64,000 nt of DNA from Candidatus Woesearchaeota archaeon. Lineage in GTDB: Archaea > Nanobdellota > Nanobdellia > Woesearchaeales > JACJVV01. The stretch spans positions 14,127 through 78,126 of the forward strand of contig JACJVV010000003.1 in NCBI GenBank assembly GCA_020637495.1. Reading direction: 5' to 3'. How positions within the stretch are numbered: position 1 is the first letter of the stretch; each line of letters starts with the position of its first letter. The translations under genes were made by a program, and so were the position numbers. The notes below the pieces were generated by a model. The model worked only from the letters and a program-made list of their open reading frames with translations. It was not told where the DNA came from and did no database searches. Of this stretch, positions 43,397 through 53,436 are shown piece by piece.

Positions 43397-44191
43397 ATGG
43401 TAGCTAAAACAGAAGATCTATTGAGCATTGCTGGAGAAGTCTATTACAATACGAAGATAGAGAGAAGCTGGAAGAATAGACTCAGCAATATCAAGAGAAA
43501 AACAAGGCTTAAGATAGGAGTAATCAGTCTCGCGATTGCAGGGATTGCAGCAACAGGAATATATCACAAAGAAGACATGACACATGAAAATGTCGAAACA
43601 ATAGTCAAAAGAACAGAGCTGATAACTGAAGGCATAGGGGCAAAAGTCAGGTCAGCATATGCATCTGTTGAAGATTTAGTTGTGACAGACAAATATGAAA
43701 GAAAGCTTAATGAGATAAGACATGATCTGAGGAAAAGATCATATAGCAAAGCAACAGAAGAGGTAAAGAATCTCTACAGAGATATACATGCATATGATTA
43801 TGGCAAAAAGGATAAGTTTGCAGAAACACTTGAAGCCATTACTTATGACATCTCCAGGAGAATTCCTGAGAAAAGAGAGAATGTTCTTGCAAAGGAAGGA
43901 TACTATGAGAAAGAATGGGTTAAGCCTGAATATGAGATACGTAAGAATGCAGCAGGCAAGATATTATCAGGAATAGGTCTTGCTGTAAAGGTCACTACCC
44001 TAGGGATAATGGATCCAGGTGAAGTCGGTACGAATGGACTTACTAAGAGAGTTAAAGTAAAGGATGGATATTACAGGAAGACATGGGTCGAACCAGTATA
44101 TGAAATAAAAATAACTCCTGAACATTATGTAACTGTCAGAATCAAGCCGTTGACAGGCGAGGAAACGATAGTAAGCATCGTGAAATCTTGA
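43397..44191 (+). CDS. single-pass membrane protein with an internal duplicated motif
   Basis: TM is IGVISLAIAGIAATGIY. KEGYYEKEWVKPEYEI and KDGYYRKTWVEPVYEI are repeated about 64 aa apart. Confidence 0.45.
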   Translation: MVAKTEDLLSIAGEVYYNTKIERSWKNRLSNIKRKTRLKIGVISLAIAGIAATGIYHKEDMTHENVETIVKRTELITEGIGAKVRSAYASVEDLVVTDKYERKLNEIRHDLRKRSYSKATEEVKNLYRDIHAYDYGKKDKFAETLEAITYDISRRIPEKRENVLAKEGYYEKEWVKPEYEIRKNAAGKILSGIGLAVKVTTLGIMDPGEVGTNGLTKRVKVKDGYYRKTWVEPVYEIKITPEHYVTVRIKPLTGEETIVSIVKS

Positions 44192-44230
44192 ACCAATAAT
44201 ATTTTTAAGCTAGGAAATAAATATAGCATC

Positions 44231-46168
44231 ATGTCCAAAAGAAAAAGAAAGAGTGATGAAGCTTCCAACAAGAATAGGATCTGGATCCTCATATCTATAA
44301 TTGCAGTTGCATTGATACTGCTCTCACTATTCTCATTCAAGCTGTATATCTATTTCAAGTTCATCCTCGGAGAGGATCTTCTGGTTAAGATAGATGCTCC
44401 AAATGATATAAGCATATTGTCTAATGGGGACAAAGCAATTGCACATTTTGAGACTACAATTACAGCAAATCCTTTCTGTGAGATCGTATGCACATATGGC
44501 CTTGAGGATCTGAGCCATGATAGTTTCCAGGAAGTTGAAAGCGTGAAGATCAAGACAAGGAACTTCCAGACAGATTACATAGTATCTGCACCTAGCAGAG
44601 GAGAAGGTACAGTGATGTATAGATATTTTGTGGATTGTCTAGGGCATCAAAGTTTCCTTTGCAACATAGAGGACAACAGCTCAAGCAGAAGCCTGCTTCC
44701 TGTATCCTATGTACTAAGCGCTGAGCAAGAGTCTTACAGGGAACTAGCAAGAGATAAGATAGAAGGAACAGTAGATAAGATCAATATAATAAGTCAGATT
44801 GAGCAGTATTCAGATACTGATTATAGAATCGAATCTCTGAACAATTCAATAATGAAGAACATATTGTTCTGGCAGAATGATGATTATGAGTTCGCATCAT
44901 TATTCAACACTACAAACATTGACATGGCATATGAATATGCTCTGGAAGAATATGGTGAGATCAAATATACTTATCTTGTTGAGAAAGCTCTTCTAAATGA
45001 GATAAACAAGACATATACGAATCTGCAGTATCTTTCAAATCTGAAAGTGTTGATGAACAAGACAGAAGAGATAGACAAACTAATAGAAGATTACAATCTC
45101 GTCATAGGCAATACAGAGCGGCTTATAGACATAGACAGTTTTGTCCTAAAGATGTCTAAGAGTGTTTCAGAATATCTTGATGAGGGCATTAATTCAACAT
45201 GTGAGAATTGCACTGAATGCGAACAGATGGCATTAGCACTAGAGCTTGACCAAAGCTGCTATTCTGAGAATATCACCTCTTTCAAGCTGGATATCGATGA
45301 GGTAGGAACCATCAATCAAGTCGACAGATTTATCCTGCAGGATAATCCAGCAAGGTGTTGCATGAAAGATAGATGTGATGAATGCGGATATGACAAAAGC
45401 AATAACTATCCCACATTATTCGTCCATGGGCATGCATTCAACAAGGATACATCCGCTGATTTCAGTGTCGATGGATTCACTAAGATACAATCAAGGCTCG
45501 AGGATTCAGGAATAATAGATGGAGGCTCCTTCACTCTTTATACAAAATACCAATCATGGCTAGGCAATCTACCTTATCCTTTCAGCTTCAAAGTATCCTA
45601 TTATTATGACACACTCTATCAGCCAGATGATATTATCTTAGTGCAGACAAAGAGTGAGAACATAGACACCTATGCTATAAGAATGCATGAGATATTAGAG
45701 AATATCAAGAAAGTCACAGGAAAAGACAAAGTCAATATCGTAGCGCATAGCATGGGCGGACTTGTCATGCGAAGATACATGCAGCTGTTTGGTGAGGATG
45801 ATCTGGATAAAGTGATATTCGTCGCTGTACCTAACCTCGGGATCGAAGGGAATGTCGCATCATTGTGCGGATTTGCAGGCAGCAGGAAAGAATGTGAGGA
45901 TATGGATAAGAACAGCGTCTTCATCAGCAAGATAAGCAGATACAGACCTTCGCTTAATATCACCAATATAATTGCGACAGGATGCAATATGCAGGATGCA
46001 AGAGGTGATGGCATATTGTCTGAGAATAGCCAATACCTCGAATATGCTGATAACATATACATCAATGGTACTTGTGATGGAATCAATCCATTCCATAACA
46101 CTATCCTTAACATAGACAGATATGCGAAGGTTTTCAACATAATCAATGGAACTCTTGCTGAAGAATGA
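44231..46168 (+). CDS. membrane-anchored alpha/beta-hydrolase (lipase / PGAP1-like) with large N-terminal extracellular region
   Basis: N-terminal TM is IWILISIIAVALILLSLF. The C-terminal region has PTLFVHGHAFNKD (oxyanion region) and the nucleophile elbow VNIVAHSMGGLVMRRY (GxSxG-type AHSMG). Confidence 0.65.
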   Translation: MSKRKRKSDEASNKNRIWILISIIAVALILLSLFSFKLYIYFKFILGEDLLVKIDAPNDISILSNGDKAIAHFETTITANPFCEIVCTYGLEDLSHDSFQEVESVKIKTRNFQTDYIVSAPSRGEGTVMYRYFVDCLGHQSFLCNIEDNSSSRSLLPVSYVLSAEQESYRELARDKIEGTVDKINIISQIEQYSDTDYRIESLNNSIMKNILFWQNDDYEFASLFNTTNIDMAYEYALEEYGEIKYTYLVEKALLNEINKTYTNLQYLSNLKVLMNKTEEIDKLIEDYNLVIGNTERLIDIDSFVLKMSKSVSEYLDEGINSTCENCTECEQMALALELDQSCYSENITSFKLDIDEVGTINQVDRFILQDNPARCCMKDRCDECGYDKSNNYPTLFVHGHAFNKDTSADFSVDGFTKIQSRLEDSGIIDGGSFTLYTKYQSWLGNLPYPFSFKVSYYYDTLYQPDDIILVQTKSENIDTYAIRMHEILENIKKVTGKDKVNIVAHSMGGLVMRRYMQLFGEDDLDKVIFVAVPNLGIEGNVASLCGFAGSRKECEDMDKNSVFISKISRYRPSLNITNIIATGCNMQDARGDGILSENSQYLEYADNIYINGTCDGINPFHNTILNIDRYAKVFNIINGTLAEE

Positions 46169-46244
46169 CTGCAGATTATGATATCTGATGGATCTATACT
46201 CTTCATCCATAATATTTTTATATCAAATAATCTTAAGCCGCCAT

Positions 46245-46952
46245 ATGAGAAAGATATGCATATTCAACCAATTCAATGATAGCAACCTAATGCTGAATGT
46301 GTTCGCTAGATTTGCAAGGAAGAAGAAAAGAGTTCTTTATCTTGATTTCAGGAAAAAAGATGAGAGTGAGAATGTATTCAGCATGCTCAATGAGGATTCA
46401 GAGATAAGAAGCTTCATAACAACTCTTGAGCCAAATCTTGATTTCATACAAGGGGACAGTAAGATGAACCTGCATGAGTTCGGGAGCTATTACAAGATAT
46501 TTGACCTCAAATATTTTGAGATGCTGGAGAACCTTGATTATGACATTATAGCAATTGAAGTCGACGATTCACTCAGCATACTTGCAAATAATGCATTATT
46601 CTTCTCGAACGAGATAATCGCTGTAGCTGATATGGATAATCACGGGGTGGAATTTGTGCAAAAGCTTGCAAGGTTCACACACCAGTACAATAAGCTCTAT
46701 GCCAGAAACATATTCATAAGCAAAGTCATACCTGCATTCAGCAGCAAGATTGACAAGAAGAAACATGATTATCTAGTGAGTGAATTCAACTCTGATTTAA
46801 TATCAGAGCCTGTAAACATAAAAAAGTTCAAAGAATCTATAAGTGGCATAGCTATGAATATAATGAACATAGGTAAGAGCTATTCTCGTCTTAATATGAA
46901 AGAGAAGCAGAAGTTCATACAGGAATATCTAAGCATGATAAGCAAGAATTAA
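46245..46952 (+). CDS. ParA/MinD-fold protein with degenerate Walker A
   Basis: MRKICIFNQFNDSNLMLNVFARFARKKKRVLYLDF aligns to the ParA N-terminus, but KGGxGK(T/S) is replaced by FNDSNLM. YDIIAIEVDDSLSILANNALFFSNEIIAVADMDNHGVEFVQKL matches the ParA core. I chose ATG 46245. Confidence 0.5.
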   Translation: MRKICIFNQFNDSNLMLNVFARFARKKKRVLYLDFRKKDESENVFSMLNEDSEIRSFITTLEPNLDFIQGDSKMNLHEFGSYYKIFDLKYFEMLENLDYDIIAIEVDDSLSILANNALFFSNEIIAVADMDNHGVEFVQKLARFTHQYNKLYARNIFISKVIPAFSSKIDKKKHDYLVSEFNSDLISEPVNIKKFKESISGIAMNIMNIGKSYSRLNMKEKQKFIQEYLSMISKN

Positions 46953-47023
46953 GAAAAGCTATCATCTCTATCAATCATATCTCATCTCAAGGAATAAAGA
47001 TATATTCTAAGAATGATTTGCAA

Positions 47024-48280
47024 TCACTTATTGGATTTCTTCTTCCTATCTCTTGATGCGTAATTGACACCAAGGAAGAATACGGCCGCAAGCACAACAA
47101 CAATTAGGATTATGCTGATGATTATAGGCACCAATGCATTCCCTTTTCTCTCATCGACGTCTATCGTTATTGTCTCTTCCTGTATGAAGACGACGTCATT
47201 ATCGATGCTCCTTATCTCTATATCGACTATGTATGGCTTATCCTCAGCATCGTCTTCTACATCAAATACCAATATGGCCTGTCCCATTGTACCTGGATCA
47301 AGAGTGCCTATGAAATCTGATTTCTCATCAAAGTCAAAAGGCTGAGACGAATCCTTGAATGCCCTCACAGATACGCTCTCTACGTCCCTGTTGCCGATGT
47401 TCTTGATCCCTATAGCTACCTTTACTGTATCTCCTGGAAGTATATCCTGCTTATCAAACTGCACATCAACAATGTCAAAAGTAGGCTTATTCTTGATGTC
47501 AAGCTTTATAGGTATCACCTTTGTTAATATCTCATTCTCATCATCTTCAGAATATGTAAGGATAAGCTCACTATCATAATAACCTGATGCTATATCTTCA
47601 TCAATGTCGATATAGAACGTTGCAGTGGCACTCTTTGATGAGTCTATATTCCCTAGATTATCCTCATCTGAATAGCTGTAGGTAGATGTGAAACCATCAG
47701 GCAATACCATCTTCACATGGACATCCTCTGCATTCCCTTCGCCCACATTATTTATGTCGATATCAAGCTTGTTCTCATCTGTATCAGGGAAAAGCTTGGA
47801 TGGAGAAGTCACTATGCTTCCTCTTGCCAATACTGGGATATTTGCCTCGTCGACCCTTATCTGGAATGTTTCAGGTATGGAAGCTATCTTTGATTCCTTT
47901 GTTGTATATGTAAGCTTAAGATCATATGTGCCTTCAACAGCGGCATCATCTACATAAAGCTTGTAGTATAAAGTATAATATTCATCATCATAGCTGAATC
48001 CTTTCCAATCACCAAGCTTTTTCTCTGGTGAATCACTCTTATCGAACAAGAATGGATATTCAGGCTCTAATGTGAAAGTTATGTCTGAGAATTGGTAATT
48101 GCCTGACTTTTGGACTTTCCATCTCAACTCAACATATTTTCCTGGTTCTGCAGGATCAGGATCCTGGTTAAGCAATGTAATGTCAAGGTATGCATCATCT
48201 GTCTGGTAATCTGCGAATATAGGGACTACTGATAATGCGACTATGAATAATACTGCCAATGTGAATATTTCTTTTCTCAT
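47024..48280 (-). CDS. exported repeat protein of the archaeal 'S-layer domain' (COG1361-like) type with C-terminal TM anchor
   Basis: Signal peptide MRKEIFTLAVLFIVALSVVPIFA. Contains LNQDPDPAEPGKYVELRWKVQKSG and repeated beta-sandwich-like units. C-terminal anchor is VPIIISIILIVVVLAAVFFLGV plus a basic tail. It is adjacent to RND-type exporter genes, a pairing I recall as common in archaea. Confidence 0.6.
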   Translation of the reverse strand: MRKEIFTLAVLFIVALSVVPIFADYQTDDAYLDITLLNQDPDPAEPGKYVELRWKVQKSGNYQFSDITFTLEPEYPFLFDKSDSPEKKLGDWKGFSYDDEYYTLYYKLYVDDAAVEGTYDLKLTYTTKESKIASIPETFQIRVDEANIPVLARGSIVTSPSKLFPDTDENKLDIDINNVGEGNAEDVHVKMVLPDGFTSTYSYSDEDNLGNIDSSKSATATFYIDIDEDIASGYYDSELILTYSEDDENEILTKVIPIKLDIKNKPTFDIVDVQFDKQDILPGDTVKVAIGIKNIGNRDVESVSVRAFKDSSQPFDFDEKSDFIGTLDPGTMGQAILVFDVEDDAEDKPYIVDIEIRSIDNDVVFIQEETITIDVDERKGNALVPIIISIILIVVVLAAVFFLGVNYASRDRKKKSNK

Positions 48281-48288
48281 GAGAACAC

Positions 48289-49482
48289 CTACTTCCTGCC
48301 CCTATATATATTTAACGTTGATTTGAAACCATGTAGTATATCTTCAAGTACCAATATAACTGATGGAACAAAAGTTATGGCTGCAAGATAGCAGAATACT
48401 ACGCCATATGTCATCATATCACCTATCGATTTCAAGATGGTAAGCTGACCCATACTCATGGAAGCAAACCCTATGACTGCAGCTATTGTCGTTATGAACA
48501 TAGGGAATATGGTCTTGTTCAGGCTTATATTCATTGCTACATCTGACTTGTTACCTTTCCCGAGCTCCTGACGATATCTTGTTATAATCTGTATCCCAAA
48601 GTCAATACCAATACCTATGATCATGCTGAGAACTCCAGATGTTGCTGAGTTTATGCTTGTGCCGATGAACCCAAGATAACCGAAAGTCCACAACACTCCT
48701 ACTATTATAGTTGTCAATGGCATCAATCCGAAACGTATCGAACCAAAGATTAGGAGAAGGACAACAACTATACCTGCAAGTGAGATGTTGGATGTCCTTG
48801 ACATATCAGGCCCTATCTCCCTGCTGACCAATGTCTCAGCCACGATGCTTCCTGCTATCCTTGTAGAGATGCCTGGAACATTTGGTGTATATGCAATTGC
48901 ATCTTCCATGTCCTTTATCAGGTCATCCTCGTCGAAATTCTCATCAAGATTGATTATTATCCTTGCCATAGTACCATCTTCTGAGAAGAATCTAAGCAAG
49001 GATGGATTCCTCTCTATCGTATCCCTTACCTCAAGTGCTGTCTTTGGGTCTCCTGCAAGCTCAAGATAGGTTCCAGGATTGTTTATGCTCTTTATCTGCT
49101 CACTCTTCTCAAGATACTGAGTCAATGTAGATAAGTAGGTGACTATCTCTGGATGCCGCAGATCCCTAAGCTCCATTGAATTTGAGGCTTCAGGTTCGCT
49201 CTCGACGACAATCATGACCGAGTCGATGGTTCCGAACTCATCTGAGAAACGTAAAGATGCAGCGATCACAGGTATATCGTCCGGGATTGCGTCCTCTGGC
49301 TCGAACACCGACTGCTTCACCTGGCTTGAGTAATTGAATGCAAATACTATAAGGATGATAGTTATGATAAGCATGACCAAAGGCTTGCTCGTGAGAAAAC
49401 TGGCATACCTCTCTACTACCTTATCTGCAAGATCAGATATCTTGAAAGTCCTTTTCTTGTCTGCTTCTTTCTTATGGATCAT
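48289..49482 (-). CDS. RND/MMPL-superfamily exporter, C-terminal half-size unit
   Basis: One TM, a large extracytoplasmic loop, then 5 TMs (GIVVVLLLIFGSIRFGLMPLTTIIVGVLWTFGYLGFIG...). I chose ATG 49482, 10 nt after the upstream stop. Confidence 0.7.
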   Translation of the reverse strand: MIHKKEADKKRTFKISDLADKVVERYASFLTSKPLVMLIITIILIVFAFNYSSQVKQSVFEPEDAIPDDIPVIAASLRFSDEFGTIDSVMIVVESEPEASNSMELRDLRHPEIVTYLSTLTQYLEKSEQIKSINNPGTYLELAGDPKTALEVRDTIERNPSLLRFFSEDGTMARIIINLDENFDEDDLIKDMEDAIAYTPNVPGISTRIAGSIVAETLVSREIGPDMSRTSNISLAGIVVVLLLIFGSIRFGLMPLTTIIVGVLWTFGYLGFIGTSINSATSGVLSMIIGIGIDFGIQIITRYRQELGKGNKSDVAMNISLNKTIFPMFITTIAAVIGFASMSMGQLTILKSIGDMMTYGVVFCYLAAITFVPSVILVLEDILHGFKSTLNIYRGRK

Positions 49483-49492
49483 TTTTATATCA

Positions 49493-50674
49493 TCAGATCG
49501 ATTCTGGTGTCCTCTTAGACAGATGTTTTTTGAATAATAGGTATAGTCTCTTATCAAAATATTTTATCAGCTTCTCCGTTATTATGAATACTATAGGGGC
49601 TACAAATACAGCTGACATGAATGTGAAGATGATACCAATCGCAAGGCTCATCCCCAGCTTTGCCAGCATTGGAAGTATCGAGAACATCAGAGCACCAAAT
49701 CCTATAGTTGTAGTGAGTCCACTTCCAAGTATCGCTGATCCTACCCCTGGAACAGAGACTATGAGGCTTTCCATTATGCTCTTGTCCTTTGCACGTTCCT
49801 CTTCATAACGTTTGAGCATGAATACCCCATACTCAACACCGAGCCCAAGAAGCATTGCTCCAAGTCCTGCAGTCACCATAGATATCTTTATGCCTAGCCA
49901 ACCCATCGTGCCTATAGTCCATGAAAGACCAAGTATCAACGGGATGAAGATCAATATGGACCTTATGAATCCACCTTCCACAACGAGCAAGAAGATGAAA
50001 ATGAAGATGCAAGCAAGCATGATAGTGTACTTCGCATCCTTTATGAGCAGGCTTGTGATTGTAACTTCTACAGGGGGATTTCCTGTTATAGCATATTTTG
50101 TTCCAGGCGGCTTTGAGAAACTGTCAAGCTTATCCTGTACAAGACCTGTTATCTCCCTGACTTTGTCCTCGCCGCTGCCTATGTCGCTTGATATCAATAC
50201 ATAAGTTGCATCATAATCGTTTGATACGAACTCTTCAGCCAATGGATAAGAATCGAACACTTCATCAACATCCTCCTCATGGATATTCTCGTAGCCTTGG
50301 AAGTAGCTCCCTATGCTTACAACGCTGCTTATCGATGACTCCAATGATAGGGAACGCTGCAATTTTGTTATATAAGCTATGATATCTGGATCACGGATGT
50401 CTCTTGGCAGATCCTTGAAATCAAAAGAATCATCAAGGGTTATGACAACGAGAATATTGTCCTGACCTCCAAATTTTTCTGTTATCTTATCATTAAGCTG
50501 ATATATTGCAAGCTGATTTGGATTATCCTCTGACATATCCCCTTGGAACTCGACTTTTGATATTCCTATAAACATGAATATCGTGAATATTGATACGACA
50601 ATAAGTATAAGGATATGATGATTATATTGGAATTGGGCAATATGCTTGAGAAATTTCTCCAAAACTTTTGTCAT
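49493..50674 (-). CDS. RND/MMPL-superfamily exporter, N-terminal half-size unit
   Basis: Same architecture as 48289-49482 (TM, loop, 5 TM: MLACIFIFIFLLVVEGGFIRSILIFIPLILGLSWTIGTMGWLG...). The two ORFs together equal one canonical 12-TM RND protein. Confidence 0.7.
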   Translation of the reverse strand: MTKVLEKFLKHIAQFQYNHHILILIVVSIFTIFMFIGISKVEFQGDMSEDNPNQLAIYQLNDKITEKFGGQDNILVVITLDDSFDFKDLPRDIRDPDIIAYITKLQRSLSLESSISSVVSIGSYFQGYENIHEEDVDEVFDSYPLAEEFVSNDYDATYVLISSDIGSGEDKVREITGLVQDKLDSFSKPPGTKYAITGNPPVEVTITSLLIKDAKYTIMLACIFIFIFLLVVEGGFIRSILIFIPLILGLSWTIGTMGWLGIKISMVTAGLGAMLLGLGVEYGVFMLKRYEEERAKDKSIMESLIVSVPGVGSAILGSGLTTTIGFGALMFSILPMLAKLGMSLAIGIIFTFMSAVFVAPIVFIITEKLIKYFDKRLYLLFKKHLSKRTPESI

Positions 50675-50839
50675 GCAATAGCTTTAGATAGTCCATTTAA
50701 ATTATTTATCATGAAGCCATTCTAGAAAGCTAGGTAAACATTTATAAAACAAACTGCATCAATGATATCAATACACAAAAAACTTAGAAAAAAAACAAAA
50801 TACATGTTGAGTTTTAAAAAATAAAAGATTGAAGATATA

Positions 50840-52192
50840 ATGGCATTCACAACATTAGGATTACCTGATTCTATATTAAAAGCTATAGAAGATGAGAAAT
50901 TCGAGAAACCTAGCGATATACAGGCAAAAGCTATTCCTCTAGTCCTACAAGGAAAAGATGTCATAGCTAAGTCTGCTACAGGTTCAGGCAAGACACTCGC
51001 TTTCGGTGCAGGAATAATAAATGATGTGCAGAGGGGAAATGGATTGCAGGCATTAGTACTTACACCAACAAGAGAGTTGGCAGAGCAGATAACGCAATCT
51101 TTTAACAAATTCTCAAAATATCATCCTTTGAAAACTGTCTCAATCTATGGAGGAGTAAGCATTAATCCTCAGATTGATGCACTTGAGCGTGCTGAAGTCG
51201 CTGTCGCTACACCTGGGAGATTGCTTGACCACTTACAGAGGGGAACTGTCAACCTTGAGAAGATAAACATATTAGTCCTTGATGAGGCTGACAGGATGCT
51301 CGATATGGGATTCATAGACGATGTAAGGAAGATAATCTCCAGATGCAAAAAGGACAGGCAGACCCTTCTTTTTTCTGCAACCATTGCTCCTGAGATAGCT
51401 GACATCGCAGAAAGATTCATGAACGACCCTATAGAAGTATCATCTGATGCTTATGTCGATCCTACAAAACTCAGACAGGTATATTATGAGATAGATGATA
51501 AAAGAAAATTCTCCTTATTAGTTCATCTCCTTAAGCAGGAAAGAGCAGGACTGGTGATGGTATTCTGCAACACACAACAGAATACGGATTTTGTCGAGAG
51601 AAACCTGAGGAAGAACGATATTGATGCGGTAGCTATCCATGGGAGGCTATCACAGGCCAGAAGAAGCTCAACACTTGAAAAATTTAATTCTGCAAAAGTA
51701 GGAGTTCTCGTCTGCACAGATGTTGCAGCTAGAGGCCTTGACATCAAAGGAGTCTCTCATGTATATAATTATGACATCCCAAGGGAAAGCAAGCAATACA
51801 TCCACAGGATTGGAAGGACTGCAAGAGCAGGAAAAGAAGGTATTGCAATAAACATATTGACGCAAAGAGACCATGAGAATTACTCAAGGCTTCTTCGAGA
51901 TTATGCTGTCGACCCAGAGAAGATGGAAGTGCCTGAAGTTGAGAGGGCATTCATCAATGTCGATAAAGGCGGTCGAGGAAGAGGTTCACGAGGTGGATTC
52001 AGAGGCCCATCCAGACAGAATAGAGGGTTTGGAAGAAGAGAAGACAGAAATGATAGAAGAGGAAGCAGGGAAGGTGGTCGAAGAGACCATAGTAGAGGCC
52101 CTAGCAGAGATTCAGAAAGAAGGCCAAGACAGGATAGGCATCATGAGCCTACAAGGACAGGAAACAGTTTCGGCGGCAGATCAAGGATATGA
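50840..52192 (+). CDS. DEAD-box ATP-dependent RNA helicase with Arg/Gly-rich C-terminal tail
   Basis: Q motif region, AKSATGSGKTLAF (I), PTRELA (Ia), DEAD (II), SAT (III), HRIGRTARAG (VI). Tail is GGRGRGSRGGFRGPSRQNRGFGRREDRNDRRGSREGGRRD... Confidence 0.93.
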   Translation: MAFTTLGLPDSILKAIEDEKFEKPSDIQAKAIPLVLQGKDVIAKSATGSGKTLAFGAGIINDVQRGNGLQALVLTPTRELAEQITQSFNKFSKYHPLKTVSIYGGVSINPQIDALERAEVAVATPGRLLDHLQRGTVNLEKINILVLDEADRMLDMGFIDDVRKIISRCKKDRQTLLFSATIAPEIADIAERFMNDPIEVSSDAYVDPTKLRQVYYEIDDKRKFSLLVHLLKQERAGLVMVFCNTQQNTDFVERNLRKNDIDAVAIHGRLSQARRSSTLEKFNSAKVGVLVCTDVAARGLDIKGVSHVYNYDIPRESKQYIHRIGRTARAGKEGIAINILTQRDHENYSRLLRDYAVDPEKMEVPEVERAFINVDKGGRGRGSRGGFRGPSRQNRGFGRREDRNDRRGSREGGRRDHSRGPSRDSERRPRQDRHHEPTRTGNSFGGRSRI

Positions 52193-52218
52193 TGCTTGGA
52201 TTTTAATTCTAAAATAAA

Positions 52219-52707
52219 ATGTTATGGATTTATTTATTATTAGGATTTTTATTATATTTACTCATTCCTCATTATATCAGTTATCATTTACTGAAGAATA
52301 AGATTGTTAATAGTAGGATATGGGATTTGAATATATGCTGCGGCAAAACTGATGGTGGAGGAGTCAATGTAGACATACTTAAACATAAAAGGATAAAAAA
52401 CTTTAAACTAGTAAAAGATATTTACAGATTACCTTTTAAGAATAAACAATTTGATTCAGTTTTATGTTCTCATACTATAGAACATGTTGATAATCCTGAG
52501 AAGTTTTATAGAGAATTAAAAAGAGTTGGTAGAGAAATTATTATCGTGATACCTCCCTTATATGATCTTGGAGCAGTATTGAATGTGTTTGAACATAAAT
52601 GGATATTTCTAAGCTTGAAGAAAAAACATAGTAAATTACCCAAATATATCAGATTGCCTTTTGCTAGGTTTATTCAGACCAGATTAGGGCAGATAAATCA
52701 TGCTTAG
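52219..52707 (+). CDS. class I SAM-dependent methyltransferase (Methyltransf_11-like) with N-terminal hydrophobic helix
   Basis: LNICCGKTDGGGVNVD (motif I-like), LPFKNKQFDSVLCSHTIEHVDNPEKFYRELKRVGRE. Confidence 0.6.
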   Translation: MLWIYLLLGFLLYLLIPHYISYHLLKNKIVNSRIWDLNICCGKTDGGGVNVDILKHKRIKNFKLVKDIYRLPFKNKQFDSVLCSHTIEHVDNPEKFYRELKRVGREIIIVIPPLYDLGAVLNVFEHKWIFLSLKKKHSKLPKYIRLPFARFIQTRLGQINHA

Positions 52708-52769
52708 TAGCCTCAATATTCATTTTGCAATACCATAATCCTTATAACCCATACCCTTAGATTATTCTT

Positions 52770-53417
52770 ATGGCAAATAAGGCAGTTGTAGCGTCAATAG
52801 GCATAGTGTATATTCTGATTTGCGGTCTTGGGATTTGGTTTGTAGCTGATAAATTAGAGCTTATACCTAGATTTGAAGATTTTAGTTTTGGCAGCCTTGG
52901 GGAAGATGGCATATCTGGTCTAACCATTGGAAGAGATATGTGTTCATTGCCAGATAATTTCAAGTATCATATCGGCATCAAAGGGAATCTGAACGAGTAT
53001 CAGGAAGCATGGATAGAGAGGGATGGAAAGGATATTGATATAATGATGATAAATCTGAATGATCCTGAGATGATATATAGTTACAGATATGATGGTAATA
53101 TAATGACTACAGGAAGCCTGGCTGTCAAGAGAAATACTTTCTGTATGATTGGTAACACTTCAATAAATGTAACTTCTGAAAATATTACTGTCGGAGAGAT
53201 TAAACTATTCTTCAAATCTGAGATAGTAGGCAATATCTCTAAAGATTGCATATTGATGCAGAATGGGGATTGGGAAGTGAACATATTTGAAGATTTTGAA
53301 TCAATAGCATATCCGCAATGCTATTCTGAATCTGACATATTGAACATGAATATCGACATGATAGATGCTTTTGATTACATCAACTATACAGATGTTGTCT
53401 TGAATTCAAGAAGATAA
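52770..53417 (+). CDS. exported/anchored hypothetical protein
   Basis: N-terminal hydrophobic segment VVASIGIVYILICGLGIWFV. No family recognised. Confidence 0.45.
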   Translation: MANKAVVASIGIVYILICGLGIWFVADKLELIPRFEDFSFGSLGEDGISGLTIGRDMCSLPDNFKYHIGIKGNLNEYQEAWIERDGKDIDIMMINLNDPEMIYSYRYDGNIMTTGSLAVKRNTFCMIGNTSINVTSENITVGEIKLFFKSEIVGNISKDCILMQNGDWEVNIFEDFESIAYPQCYSESDILNMNIDMIDAFDYINYTDVVLNSRR

Positions 53418-53436
53418 ATATAGATAGATAATATGA

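Noticed and set aside
48289-50674. Calling the split RND exporter a pseudogene
   Set aside because: Each half has its own plausible ATG, a complete TM-loop-5TM unit, and no internal stops. Without read data or orthologs a frameshift cannot be distinguished from a genuine two-gene arrangement, so both are annotated as CDS and the question is flagged in the findings.
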